DNA of 64,000 nucleotides from contig JAZJZE010000002.1 of the NCBI GenBank assembly GCA_040390065.1, forward strand, positions 1 to 64,000, in the 5' to 3' direction. Source of the DNA: a bacterium (GTDB lineage Archaea > Thermoplasmatota > E2 > JACPAO01 > JAHFTW01). Positions within the stretch are counted from its first letter, which is position 1, and every line of letters begins with the position of its first letter. The position numbers and the translations under genes were made by a program. The notes under the pieces are model-generated. The model was not told the DNA's origin. It searched no databases and was given only the letters and a program-made list of their open reading frames with translations. Positions 27,627 through 36,900 of the stretch are shown here, piece after piece.

Positions 27627-28229
27627 CTATGGCGAGCCAGCCCGGGGCGATGAAGGCTGCGGCTTTAGCGTGTACGTCTCGACGGGCTCGTAGGCGGGCC
27701 CCACTGAACGCAGCACCGAACTGAAGAGGACGACGGTATCGAGGGGGGCTGGCCCGAATTCGATGCCGGCACGCGTCGTCAAGAACTTGGAGACGTCCCG
27801 CGCATCCCGCAAGCGCGCCAACGTGACGTGCGCGACGAAGTCATGCCGTTCTGGAGGGTCGCCAAACTCTGCCGTCGCGCTGATGACTCGCCGAGCGATG
27901 GCATCGATTCCCGGTGCTAGGATTCCCGCCCACAAGATGCGGGCACGGCGTCGGTCCGGGAAGGCCCCAATCCCGGTGACGCGGCCCGGCGCCGCCCGGG
28001 CATCGGCGAGCCGCGCCCGCAACGCGGCGCGCACCGGATCCACGTCGTCGACCTCGCCGAGAAAGCGCAGCGTGACATGCCAGGTGCCGGGCGGGACGGA
28101 CCGTACGCCGGGCACTTCGCTTTCGAGAGCCGTTGTCAGCTCGGGGAGGCCGGCTGCCGGGACGGGCATACCCACGAAGAGGCGCACGTCGGCGCATGCC
28201 GGCAGGGCCTGATGAAGGGGGGCGGTCAT
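27627..28229 (-). CDS. thpR: RNA 2',3'-cyclic phosphodiesterase (2H family)
   Basis: RLFVG, HVTLRFLG and HVTLAR (two HxT motifs). Confidence 0.9.
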   Translation of the reverse strand: MTAPLHQALPACADVRLFVGMPVPAAGLPELTTALESEVPGVRSVPPGTWHVTLRFLGEVDDVDPVRAALRARLADARAAPGRVTGIGAFPDRRRARILWAGILAPGIDAIARRVISATAEFGDPPERHDFVAHVTLARLRDARDVSKFLTTRAGIEFGPAPLDTVVLFSSVLRSVGPAYEPVETYTLKPQPSSPRAGSP

Positions 28230-28522
28230 GCCTGCGACAATTCGTGCGCCTCGCGCCACAGGAGGACTTGGCCGCCATGCCGCTGTGCGACTGCAAGCGC
28301 ATCGTACAGGGCCCGGAACGTTTCCGCGTAGCCCAGGCGACTCGTCCATTCGTCACGGTACTGGTCGCTGCAGAAGAGGCGCGACCCGTCGGGGACTTGG
28401 ACGACCGCCACGTAGCGGACTGCCATGTCGGTCTGCATGGCGATCCGAAGCAGGCGCGGGTTCTCCAAGTCACTGCAGAGGTGGGCGAAAGTGGCAGCAC
28501 AACGCTCGTCGGGCGGCGTCAC
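28226..28522 (-). CDS. Hypothetical protein
   Basis: 98-aa ORF whose stop overlaps the thpR start (ATGA). Confidence 0.5.
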   Translation of the reverse strand: MTPPDERCAATFAHLCSDLENPRLLRIAMQTDMAVRYVAVVQVPDGSRLFCSDQYRDEWTSRLGYAETFRALYDALAVAQRHGGQVLLWREAHELSQA

Positions 28523-28560
28523 CGCAACCCTTGTAGGGGGTCCCGGTGGATGCCCCGCCC

Positions 28561-30018
28561 ATGAGGGTCACCGCCATTGCCATCCTTGTCGCCATCGGGG
28601 CGTCGGGCTGCTTCGAGCACACCACACCGACGACGGCGCCACCACCCGTGGCGAGCCCCGTCGGCATCATGGCGTTCCAGTCCATCGGGGACACGGCGCA
28701 AGGGGTGCCGCTGCCGGCATCGTTTGGCGGCGACATCCGCGTGCTGAGCGTATCGACGGCGCATGCCGGCCCGGAGCCGTCCCTGGGCGTGACGAAGAAC
28801 GGGTGGATCTTCGCCGCCGCCGGGGCCAGCGTGCTGCGCTCCCAAGACGGCGGCCGGACGTGGCCCGTCAACCACTCCGTGCCCGGCACGGACCGCGATC
28901 CCATGCTATGGGTCGATCCCGTGACGGACCGGGTGTTTGCCACGCACATGAACCCGGCGGCGACCTGCAGCACCATCGCAGTCAGCGACGACCAGGGCAA
29001 TTCCTGGTCCGACCCGACGCTCGTCTGCCCCGCCCTGCCCGGCCAAATCGATCACCAGAAACTGGCCACGGGCCCATACGCCGGCCCCCTTGCCACCGCC
29101 GAAGCCAAAGGTGTGTATCCGCAGCTCGTGACGATGTGCTTCAGCCAGCCCCGCGTCACGCATTGCGCGGCCAGCCACGATGGCGGCAAGACGTTCGCCC
29201 AGGACCGCAACGTCGCCGGCGCCCCATCCACGCCGGCCGGGCCCGTGCCCCTGGCCAGCCAACTCTTCGGCGACTGCGGCGGCCTCAACGGCCGGCAACG
29301 CCATGCCCCGGATGGCACCATCTACGTCCCCTACGGTCACACCTGCGAGCGGACCGTGGTGGCGGTCTCGACCGACGGCGGCATCACGTGGGTCGAGCGC
29401 AACGCCAACCACAAGCAACTCGAGATGGACCCCGCCGTCGCGGTCGACAAGGCCGGCATGGCCTACTACGTGTACCGCAGCGACGACCAGCGCGTCCACC
29501 TGCTGCGCAGCAGCGACCGCTTCGCCACCGTGGAGGGGCCGTTCATCGTGTCGCCCCCAGCCATCAAGGGAACGGTCTTCACCTCCATCGTCGCCGGCTC
29601 CAAGGGCCGCATCGCCGTCGCCTACCTCGGCAACAACGCCAGCTCCGCTGCCCCGGACGACGTCCCGCGCACCACCGCCTGGAACCTCTACCTCTCCATG
29701 AGCCTCGACGCCGACGACCCTGAGCCCACGTTCGCCACCGTGCAAGTCAACCCCGACCCGGACCCAATCCAGCGCGGCAGTGTGTGCAGCATCAACGACT
29801 GCAAGCACGACGACCGCAACCTCCTCGAGTTCCAGGACCTCGAAATGGGACCCGACGGCCGTCCATGGCTCGCCTACGCCGACGGATGCACACCGGGACC
29901 ATGCACGGCTCCGGGCCAGACCAACCCAAACACGTCACACGACGGCGCCTTGACCGTCGCCTGGGTCAACGAAGGGCCGAGCCTCCTGGAAGAGAAGGGC
30001 CGGCTTGGCAGCACGTAA
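28561..30018 (+). CDS. Lipoprotein with BNR/Asp-box (sialidase-like) repeats
   Basis: Lipobox ASGC; Asp boxes SQDGGRTW, SDDQGNSW, SHDGGKTF and STDGGITW. Confidence 0.85.
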   Translation: MRVTAIAILVAIGASGCFEHTTPTTAPPPVASPVGIMAFQSIGDTAQGVPLPASFGGDIRVLSVSTAHAGPEPSLGVTKNGWIFAAAGASVLRSQDGGRTWPVNHSVPGTDRDPMLWVDPVTDRVFATHMNPAATCSTIAVSDDQGNSWSDPTLVCPALPGQIDHQKLATGPYAGPLATAEAKGVYPQLVTMCFSQPRVTHCAASHDGGKTFAQDRNVAGAPSTPAGPVPLASQLFGDCGGLNGRQRHAPDGTIYVPYGHTCERTVVAVSTDGGITWVERNANHKQLEMDPAVAVDKAGMAYYVYRSDDQRVHLLRSSDRFATVEGPFIVSPPAIKGTVFTSIVAGSKGRIAVAYLGNNASSAAPDDVPRTTAWNLYLSMSLDADDPEPTFATVQVNPDPDPIQRGSVCSINDCKHDDRNLLEFQDLEMGPDGRPWLAYADGCTPGPCTAPGQTNPNTSHDGALTVAWVNEGPSLLEEKGRLGST

Positions 30019-30058
30019 AGGCCCCCAGGTGTTGCGAACCTGCCTCCTGGGGCATTCC

Positions 30059-30181
30059 TCGCCGCAACCCAGCCCAGCCCCGTAGTCTAGCGGTCAGTGG
30101 CGCGGGCCCGGCAAGCCGGGCCCCGCCAGGCTCGGACTTCGCTTCGCGAAGTCCATCACCAGGATAGGGGCCTTTGAATCC
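30059..30181 (+). pseudogene. Duplicated 5' fragment of tRNA-Gln interrupted by a 64-nt hairpin insert
   Basis: 30059-30096 is identical to 30211-30248. Insert at 30097-30160. 30161-30181 matches the tRNA D/anticodon arm with 1 mismatch. No T arm. Confidence 0.75.
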
Positions 30182-30227
30182 GCACGTTGCCTTCATCAAG
30201 GCCACGTTCGTCGCCGCAACCCAGCCC

Positions 30228-30300
30228 AGCCCCGTAGTCTAGCGGTCAAGGATAGGGGACTTTGAATCCTTTGACGTCGGTTCGAATCCGACCGGGGCTA
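30228..30300 (+). tRNA. tRNA-Gln (TTG)
   Basis: Acceptor stem AGCCCCG/CGGGGCT, anticodon loop CTTTGAA, T loop TTCGAAT; 73 nt; CCA not encoded. Confidence 0.95.
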
Positions 30301-30404
30301 TCCGAGCGCAGCGAGGCAGACCCGGGCGGGTTTGCCGATGCGAAGCGAGGTATCCCTACGGCTGCCGCTTGGCGGCCGTAGGGTCGAATCCGACCGGGGC
30401 TATC
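30282..30404 (+). repeat. 21-bp direct repeat of the tRNA 3' end flanking an 81-bp hairpin cassette
   Basis: TCGAATCCGACCGGGGCTATC at 30282-30302 and 30384-30404. Confidence 0.85.
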
Positions 30405-30787
30405 TCATGCGGCGGCGTCCGCCCTGCCAGGGGGACGGCATCGGCGGCGAGGCCCTGAGACAGCGCCTGGAGGGCATTGAGAAGGCTGGGCTCGAGCTGC
30501 GGCGGGCGGGGCCGCGACGGTTGGGAGCCTTGTGAGGCCAGGTGAAGGAGTGCGCGGTCGGCCCCGTAGATGCGCACGAATCCGACATTGGGTTGGTTGG
30601 ACGGTCGGGGCCGCAGGGCTGGGTGCCCTTGGTCGCAGCGAACGGTCCCGAGCGTGTCGCCGCACTGCGGGCACCGGACCACGGCTTGGGCGACGGAGCC
30701 GACGCGGATGCCCGACACGGCCGTCCAACAGCCGCCGCATCCGGGGCAGTCGAAATCCGCGGCCTCGATGCCGGGCATGGAGTGCAC
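30356..30787 (-). CDS. Hypothetical Zn-ribbon protein (3' end uncertain)
   Basis: CPGCG and CPQCG motifs. The C-terminus runs into the tRNA-derived repeat. Confidence 0.45.
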   Translation of the reverse strand: MHSMPGIEAADFDCPGCGGCWTAVSGIRVGSVAQAVVRCPQCGDTLGTVRCDQGHPALRPRPSNQPNVGFVRIYGADRALLHLASQGSQPSRPRPPQLEPSLLNALQALSQGLAADAVPLAGRTPPHEIAPVGFDPTAAKRQP

Positions 30788-30865
30788 GATTTCCCCTGCA
30801 TACTAGCGCCTTGGGTTCGCGGCAAGGGCTCGCGCCTCGCCGGTTCGGGGGCGACGTGAACGGGT

Positions 30866-32671
30866 TCAGGTCATCTCTTCGATGCGGCCCTCGGCCTCTG
30901 CCCAGCGCAGGAGGCGCCGGAAACCCTGGGTCTCGAGGCCGCTGATCTCGATTACGTCACCGAAGTGGAACTTCGTGTCGGTCTCCCAGTTCTTGAAGGC
31001 GCGCAGGACCTTGTAGCGGCCCTTGGCCCCGGTCGCCGCGAAGTCGGCCATGCGCTTGGAGGTCCAGGCCGTGCTGAAGTTGCCGGCAAAGACGCCGACG
31101 CGGCGGTGCGCGATGATGGCGATGCGGTTGCACACCTCGTCGAGGAAGCTGCGATTGTGCGACACGACGATGACGGTTCCTTCGTACTCGCGCAGCGCGG
31201 CCGCGACGATGTCCTGGGACTCGATATCGAGGTGATTGGTCGGTTCGTCCAGAACGAGCGTGTTGTGCTTGCCGACGATGAACTTGGCAAGGGCCAGGCG
31301 GGCCCGCTCGCCGCCGGACAGGTCGCGCACTTTCTTGAACACCTCGTCGCCGCTGAAGTGGAATCGCCCGAGAAGACCGCGGCTCCACTCGTCGGGGGGC
31401 GGTGGGTCGCGCAGGCTCTGGGCCTCCTCGATGAGCGTGCGCTCAGGGTCGAGGCTTTCGTGGTGCTGGTCGAAGTACCCGATATTCACGGCTGGGGCGC
31501 GTTTTACGGTGCCCGCGTCGGCCTTCATCCGCCCGGTGAGGAGCTTGATCAGTGTCGACTTGCCGCAGCCGTTCGGGCCGATGAGGCCGATCTTGTCGCC
31601 GCCTTCCACCTCGAAGTTGACGTGCGAGAACAGGAGGCGGTCGCCGAACGACTTCGACAGGTCTTCCACTTGCAGGGATTCGCGGGGCGGCGTGTCCGTG
31701 TCGAAGAGCATGCGGAACGCCTTTCGGGTGGTCGGCGCCTCCTCGACGGGTTGCTCGACGTGCTTCATGCGCGTCTTGCGGCTGCGCACCTGGGCGTCGA
31801 ACTTGTTGCGCACCTTCAGCTCCTCGATGATCTTGAGTTGCCGCTTGACCTCGTTCTCGTTGCGGGACTTGCGCGCGGCGATGGCTGCCTGCAGGGCGCG
31901 CCTCTGCCCTTGGTAGCTCGTATAGTTGCCCGTGTACGACGCGACGCGGCGGAGGTCGACCTCGAAGACGCGGTCGGCCACGTTGTCGAGGAGGTACTTG
32001 TCGTGTGCCGAGACGATGACGGAGCCCTTCAGGTCCATGAGGTACTGCTCGATGAACTCCACGGTCGGGATGTCCATGTGGTTCGTCGGCTCGTCGAGGA
32101 GAAGCAGGTCGGTCTCCTTCGCGGCGGCCAGCGTCTTGGCGAGGAGCACCTTGCTGCGTTCGCCACCCGACAGGCTGCCGAAGTTCGCCTCGAGGGTCTC
32201 TTCGGGGAGCCCCAGGTCGTTGAGAAGCGGCGAGTCGGTGGCGCGTCCTTTACTGCGCTCCTCGTGCAGTTTGCCCTGCAGGTCGGAGTAGCGCGCCATG
32301 CGCTCGTTGGCATCCGGTTGTTCGAAGGCTGCGGGTTCCGCCATCCAGGCTTCGAGTTCGCCGAGTTCGGTTTCGATGCGGCGGGCGGCCCCCGACGGCG
32401 CGGCAAGGAGGTCCTGAACCGGCGTCTCGGGCGGGATGTCGGGTACTTGCGGCATGTACGCGATGCGCAGGTCCGGGTCCATCTGGATCTCGCCGAGGTC
32501 GGGCTTGAGTTGTCCCGAGAGGAGCTTGAAGATGGTCGTCTTGCCGGCGCCGTTGGGGCCGACGAGGGCGATCTTGTCGCCGGCATGGATGGTGAAGCTC
32601 GCGCCGCGCAGGACGTGCGTCGGGCCGAAACTCAGGTGCAAGTCGTCGGCCTTGACGAGCGGCTGGCTCAT
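30866..32671 (-). CDS. ABC-F family ATPase (ribosome-associated)
   Basis: Two NBDs (GPNGAGKT/LSGGE/LLDEPTNH and GPNGCGKS/LSGGE/LDEPTNH), linker YTGNYTSY, no TM helices. Confidence 0.95.
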   Translation of the reverse strand: MSQPLVKADDLHLSFGPTHVLRGASFTIHAGDKIALVGPNGAGKTTIFKLLSGQLKPDLGEIQMDPDLRIAYMPQVPDIPPETPVQDLLAAPSGAARRIETELGELEAWMAEPAAFEQPDANERMARYSDLQGKLHEERSKGRATDSPLLNDLGLPEETLEANFGSLSGGERSKVLLAKTLAAAKETDLLLLDEPTNHMDIPTVEFIEQYLMDLKGSVIVSAHDKYLLDNVADRVFEVDLRRVASYTGNYTSYQGQRRALQAAIAARKSRNENEVKRQLKIIEELKVRNKFDAQVRSRKTRMKHVEQPVEEAPTTRKAFRMLFDTDTPPRESLQVEDLSKSFGDRLLFSHVNFEVEGGDKIGLIGPNGCGKSTLIKLLTGRMKADAGTVKRAPAVNIGYFDQHHESLDPERTLIEEAQSLRDPPPPDEWSRGLLGRFHFSGDEVFKKVRDLSGGERARLALAKFIVGKHNTLVLDEPTNHLDIESQDIVAAALREYEGTVIVVSHNRSFLDEVCNRIAIIAHRRVGVFAGNFSTAWTSKRMADFAATGAKGRYKVLRAFKNWETDTKFHFGDVIEISGLETQGFRRLLRWAEAEGRIEEMT

Positions 32672-33409
32672 GCATCACCCCCGGGCACGGGCGCGCCGAC
32701 GCGGGCTTCGGGCTTAAGATTGCGGCCTTTGCCGTGGCGTGGCAAAGTGTGGGCGGCGTGGGATTCCAGTGAACTGACTGAAACGGGCGAAGGACGGTTG
32801 CACCAATGAGGGACGCCTCTCAAGGATGGGCCGCTCGGTTGCATCCGTGCCATCGGTGGTTCGGCGGGGCATGAACGCTGCATCCCTCGCGCGAAGCCAG
32901 GCCGACGACCGGCCACACCAACCTCCGACGGCGGCGCGGGCTACGAGGTGGCCGCGTGGCTGAGTGTGGGAGGCCCGGGAGAACAGGAATCAAGTGGAGA
33001 GAAGGGGAATGGGTTCCTGTTCTCCGTTCGGCTCCTGTTCTTCCCGGCCGTCGTTGTCAGACGGACGGCGAAGTCTCCGAAGACTGGCAAGGTCGCTTTC
33101 CCGTTTTTTCCGTGGCTTCCTGGTCTTTCAGGCGCCCGGCGGCCCTCGCGCGACTTTCAGAAAGGTCGATCATCAAGCAGTGAGGCCTTGGCCTTTGCAA
33201 GGCTCCGGCCCCACGGCGCGGACGCTTGCGGAATTCATGTTCGGCGCCGCGCCTGGGGCGCGCGACCGCAGCCCTGACCGGGGGCTCACGTTCGTCGGTT
33301 GCAGCGGTTGCTTCTGCGTTCGCCGCGTCTTCTTGCCATTCCTTCACCTCGGCGCCGCCGTCGGAGCATGCTTGGAATGGTTCGCTGGCTTGGACAAGCA
33401 GGTCGACCG

Positions 33410-33916
33410 TTACGCGTCCCCTTCGTCGTCGCCCGCCACGGCGCCCGCCTGGCCTTCCGGGTCATCGCCGGTGCCTTCGCCTTCCTCGAGTTCCGGCCCC
33501 GGGTGGTAGCCGATGGGCAGGTCGGGATCTTGCGGGCCCTGGTCGAAGTCGTACGGGAACTTGTTCCAGTACGGCGAGTCGTCGAGGACCGTGTACAGGC
33601 CGGTCTCCGCGTTGATGCCGCGGATCAGGTGGCTGCCGATGCGGTCGACGTGGTACAGAAGCGTGCCTTGGAACACCTTGTCGCCGATCTGCTTGAAGAA
33701 GCGGCCGCACACGGTGATGCCGATGGTGCGCTCCGTCACGAATTCGTCGAGGTAGTGCGCCATGTGGTACGCCGACGGCAACTCGATGTGGGGCCGGATG
33801 GTGACCTCTTCGCGCAGGCCGTGCAGGATCATAAGCGGCGTCGGGACGCCATCCTCACCGGAGGTGGAGTCGTGGTAGGCCTGCAACAGGCCGCGGACGG
33901 TCTGGTCGTCCAGCAT
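33410..33916 (-). CDS. Hypothetical protein with acidic tail
   Basis: Host-like codon usage; start at ATG 33916. Confidence 0.7.
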   Translation of the reverse strand: MLDDQTVRGLLQAYHDSTSGEDGVPTPLMILHGLREEVTIRPHIELPSAYHMAHYLDEFVTERTIGITVCGRFFKQIGDKVFQGTLLYHVDRIGSHLIRGINAETGLYTVLDDSPYWNKFPYDFDQGPQDPDLPIGYHPGPELEEGEGTGDDPEGQAGAVAGDDEGDA

Positions 33917-33997
33917 CTTGGTCCCACGCCAGGGGCATCCCGCCCTGACGGCTGCGCCCAGGTGTGCACCCATTTGAGCTTATTCGTCGCCGCCCTT

Positions 33998-36900
33998 CTA
34001 GGAGGGGCGTCCGGTCGGCGTGTGTCGCCGGCGCCACAACGCGAAGAACAGGACGCCGGCCACCGCCAACGTGCCGAGGGCCGCGATGAGGATGATGGGC
34101 AGCGCTGATCCCGCGCTCGACGTTGGCGTTGCGCCGGCGTTGCCGAAGGCACCCGTGGCGCCAGCCGGCACCGAGCGGCCGGACGAACCGAGGCGTTGGC
34201 AGGCGTCGCCGACGCCGTCGCCGTTGGCGTCCGCTTGGTCCTTGTTGGGCAGGGCCGGGCAGTTGTCGCGCAACGCGCCCGTGGGGCCGTCGTCCGGCAC
34301 CGCGTCGCCGTCGACGTCCGTGTCGCAGGCGTCGCCGACGCCGTCACGGTCCAGGTCGGCCTGGTCGCGGTTCGGGATGTCCGGGCAGTCGTCCGCGCGG
34401 TCGATGATGCCGTCGCTGTCCCAGTCCCCGGGTTGCGATTCATTGGGGATGACGGGCTCGGGGCCGGGCTGCGGCGGTGCGGGCGCGTCCGTCTCGCAGG
34501 CGTCGCCGATGCCGTCGTGGTCCGAATCCGTCTGGTCGTGGTTGGAGATGGACGGACAGTTGTCCGCGGCTTCCTCGATGCCGTCGTTGTCGTTGTCCGT
34601 GTGCGGCCCGCTGTCGCGCGCGTTGGGGTCGCGCCTGACCCAGATGGTGAACGTGTCGCAGGTCGTGTCGACGCCACCGTTGGCATTGCCACCGTCGTCC
34701 CTGAGGCAGACCTTGACATCGGCTGTTCCGTACGTGCCCTTCTTGACCTCGTACGTGAGGTCGCCCCAGCCATTGGCCGCATCGTAGGGACCGTTGCAGC
34801 CCGCCATCGGGCACGACCACTTGACGACCGACGGGGGCGTCGTGAAGGTCAGGCCCGCGGACGTTCCCGTCACCGTCGTCGTGAACACGAGGTGCTGCTG
34901 CGTCGCAGCGCCCCACAATTCATCGGTCGCCGTGGCGCGCGCCGGCGCGATGCCGGTCGCCCAGGCGGCGACGAGCTGCGGCCCTGCGTCCTGGGTAAGC
35001 TCCTGGTCCAAGCCTACGAAGACCGGCGCGTCGTTGACGCAGGTGGCCGTGATGGCGAAATCGGCAGGCGTGTAGAGATTGACGGCCGGCGCGACGTTCA
35101 TACCGCTGTCCGTGAGCGTGACGCGGAAGCGCGCCGTGCCGCACTGGTCCTGCGCCAGCGTGTAGGTGAGGTCACCCCAGGTGCCGCCGCTGAACGGCGA
35201 CGCCGTAAAGAGCGTCGGGGACACGGCGGGAGGCATGGCAAACAGGCCTGGATTCGTGACGACGGTGACGGTGAACTTGACGGTCTGTGTGGCGTCCTCA
35301 CCGGCGTTGCCTGCCGTGATTCCGGTGGCCCAGCCCGCGACGGTCACAGGGCCGGCGCCGGGCAGGTTGTCCTCGCGCACCGTTGGCGGGTTGGCTGCGT
35401 TGAAGTGCGGCGCCTGGTTGACGCACGCCACCGAAATGGCCAGGCTGTGGTCGATGCTCGTCGCCGGCTGCGAGTCGGGCGGCGGCGTCATGGTGCCGTC
35501 ATCGATGAGGGTGATGGTGTACGTGGCCAATCCGCATTCGTTGGCCGCGATGGTGTAGCTCAGGTCGCCCCAACCGTTTGCAGCCGTGAACGGACCCGGA
35601 CAGTAGCTGGGGGACACCATTGTGCAGCCTGGCTCGCCGCCCTTCTTGCTGACGATTGGATCCGCCATGAGAAGCGTGGAACTGCCCGAGGCAAAGACGA
35701 CCTTGAAGCGCATCTGCTGGTTCGCCTCGCTCGCCGGCACGCCCGTCTTGATGTTGTACGCCCAGGCCGGCGTGGAGACGACGGTGCTCGTTCCGGACTG
35801 CGAGATGGCGGCCGGGCTGCCGTTGTCGTCGAACGTCGGCTTGTCGTTGGGGCACGAGACGGTGAGCGTGAAGTCCGTCGCTGGCGTATAGGAGTTGACG
35901 TCGGGTGCGACGCTTGCGCCGTTGTCCGTGAGGGTGACGCGGAACGTGGCTTGGCCGCACAACCCCGTGGCGGACGTGTACGTGAGGTCGCCCCACGGGA
36001 CGGCGGTGAACGGCCCGGCCGTTGACGTCGTCTGGGCGACCGACGGCGCCACAGCAAAGAGCGCCGCGTTCGTGATGACGGCGGTCGAGAAGACGAGCTG
36101 CTGCGACGATTCGTCGCCCGGGTCGCCTGCGATGGCGGGGCCGGGCGAGATTGCCGAGGCCCAGCCGATGACCGTCTGCGCGCCGGCGTCCTGCGCCACC
36201 GACGGCGGGTCGGCCGCAACGAAGGAGGGCGCGTCGTTGACGCACGTGACCTTCAACGTGACCGATCTCTGGTCCGTCTTGGCGCCGCCGGTCCCGGTGT
36301 TGCCGAGGTCGTCGACGTTGGCGGTCAGCGTGGTGAAGGTGCCGACGGCGCACTTGTCGGCCGCCGGCGTGAACTGCATGCCATCCAGCGCCGCATCGAT
36401 GTCGGCCTGCTTGCCTTCGAAGATCATCGTGGCGTCGGCCGTGCCGTCGCCGACGCAGGCCGCAATGGACGGTGTGCCGGGCGATGCGCCGCCGCAGGCG
36501 AAGGACAGACCGGTGACCGTGGCCAGCGTCAAGGTCCCCTTGCCGACGGCCAAGCGCATGCGCAGCGGGCTCGGGTCGGAGTCAGCGTCGGCAACCGAAA
36601 TGAGGTTGGAGTTGGCTGTCGAGAAGGTGACCGCGTTGTCTTCGAGCATGGTCTGCGCGGCGGCCGGCACCGTGATGACCGGGGCGGAGTTGGCGCTCGT
36701 CAGGGTAATGGATACTTCGTTGCTCAGGACGGAATCGCCCACACAGTTGCGGGCAAGCACGCGGTAGTAGTTGGTTCCGGATGTCGGGCTGTGCGTGTAG
36801 GTGAGGATGCCGGGCAGGGTCGTGCCCAGAAGCGTGTCCGCCGTGGTGACGCCGGCCGAGGCCTTCCAGTAGATCTTGTACACGAAGCCATACAACGCAT

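Noticed and set aside
30059-30181. Second, intron-containing or split tRNA-Gln gene
   Set aside because: There is no T arm or 3' acceptor strand after the anticodon arm, and I could not form a convincing bulge-helix-bulge. The downstream fragment also lacks the variable loop and 5' T stem.
30228-30404. tRNA-Gln as the att site of the 1-21 kb island
   Set aside because: About 9 kb of housekeeping genes separate them, and no tRNA fragment is visible at the island edge.
30965-32809. Long antisense ORFs (also 34196-36025, 41044-42993, 47390-49228 and others)
   Set aside because: They lie opposite well-supported genes and are expected from high-GC codon bias.
32950-33300. RNase P RNA or a known riboswitch
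   Set aside because: The conserved RNase P P4 signature was not found and no riboswitch consensus was recognised.
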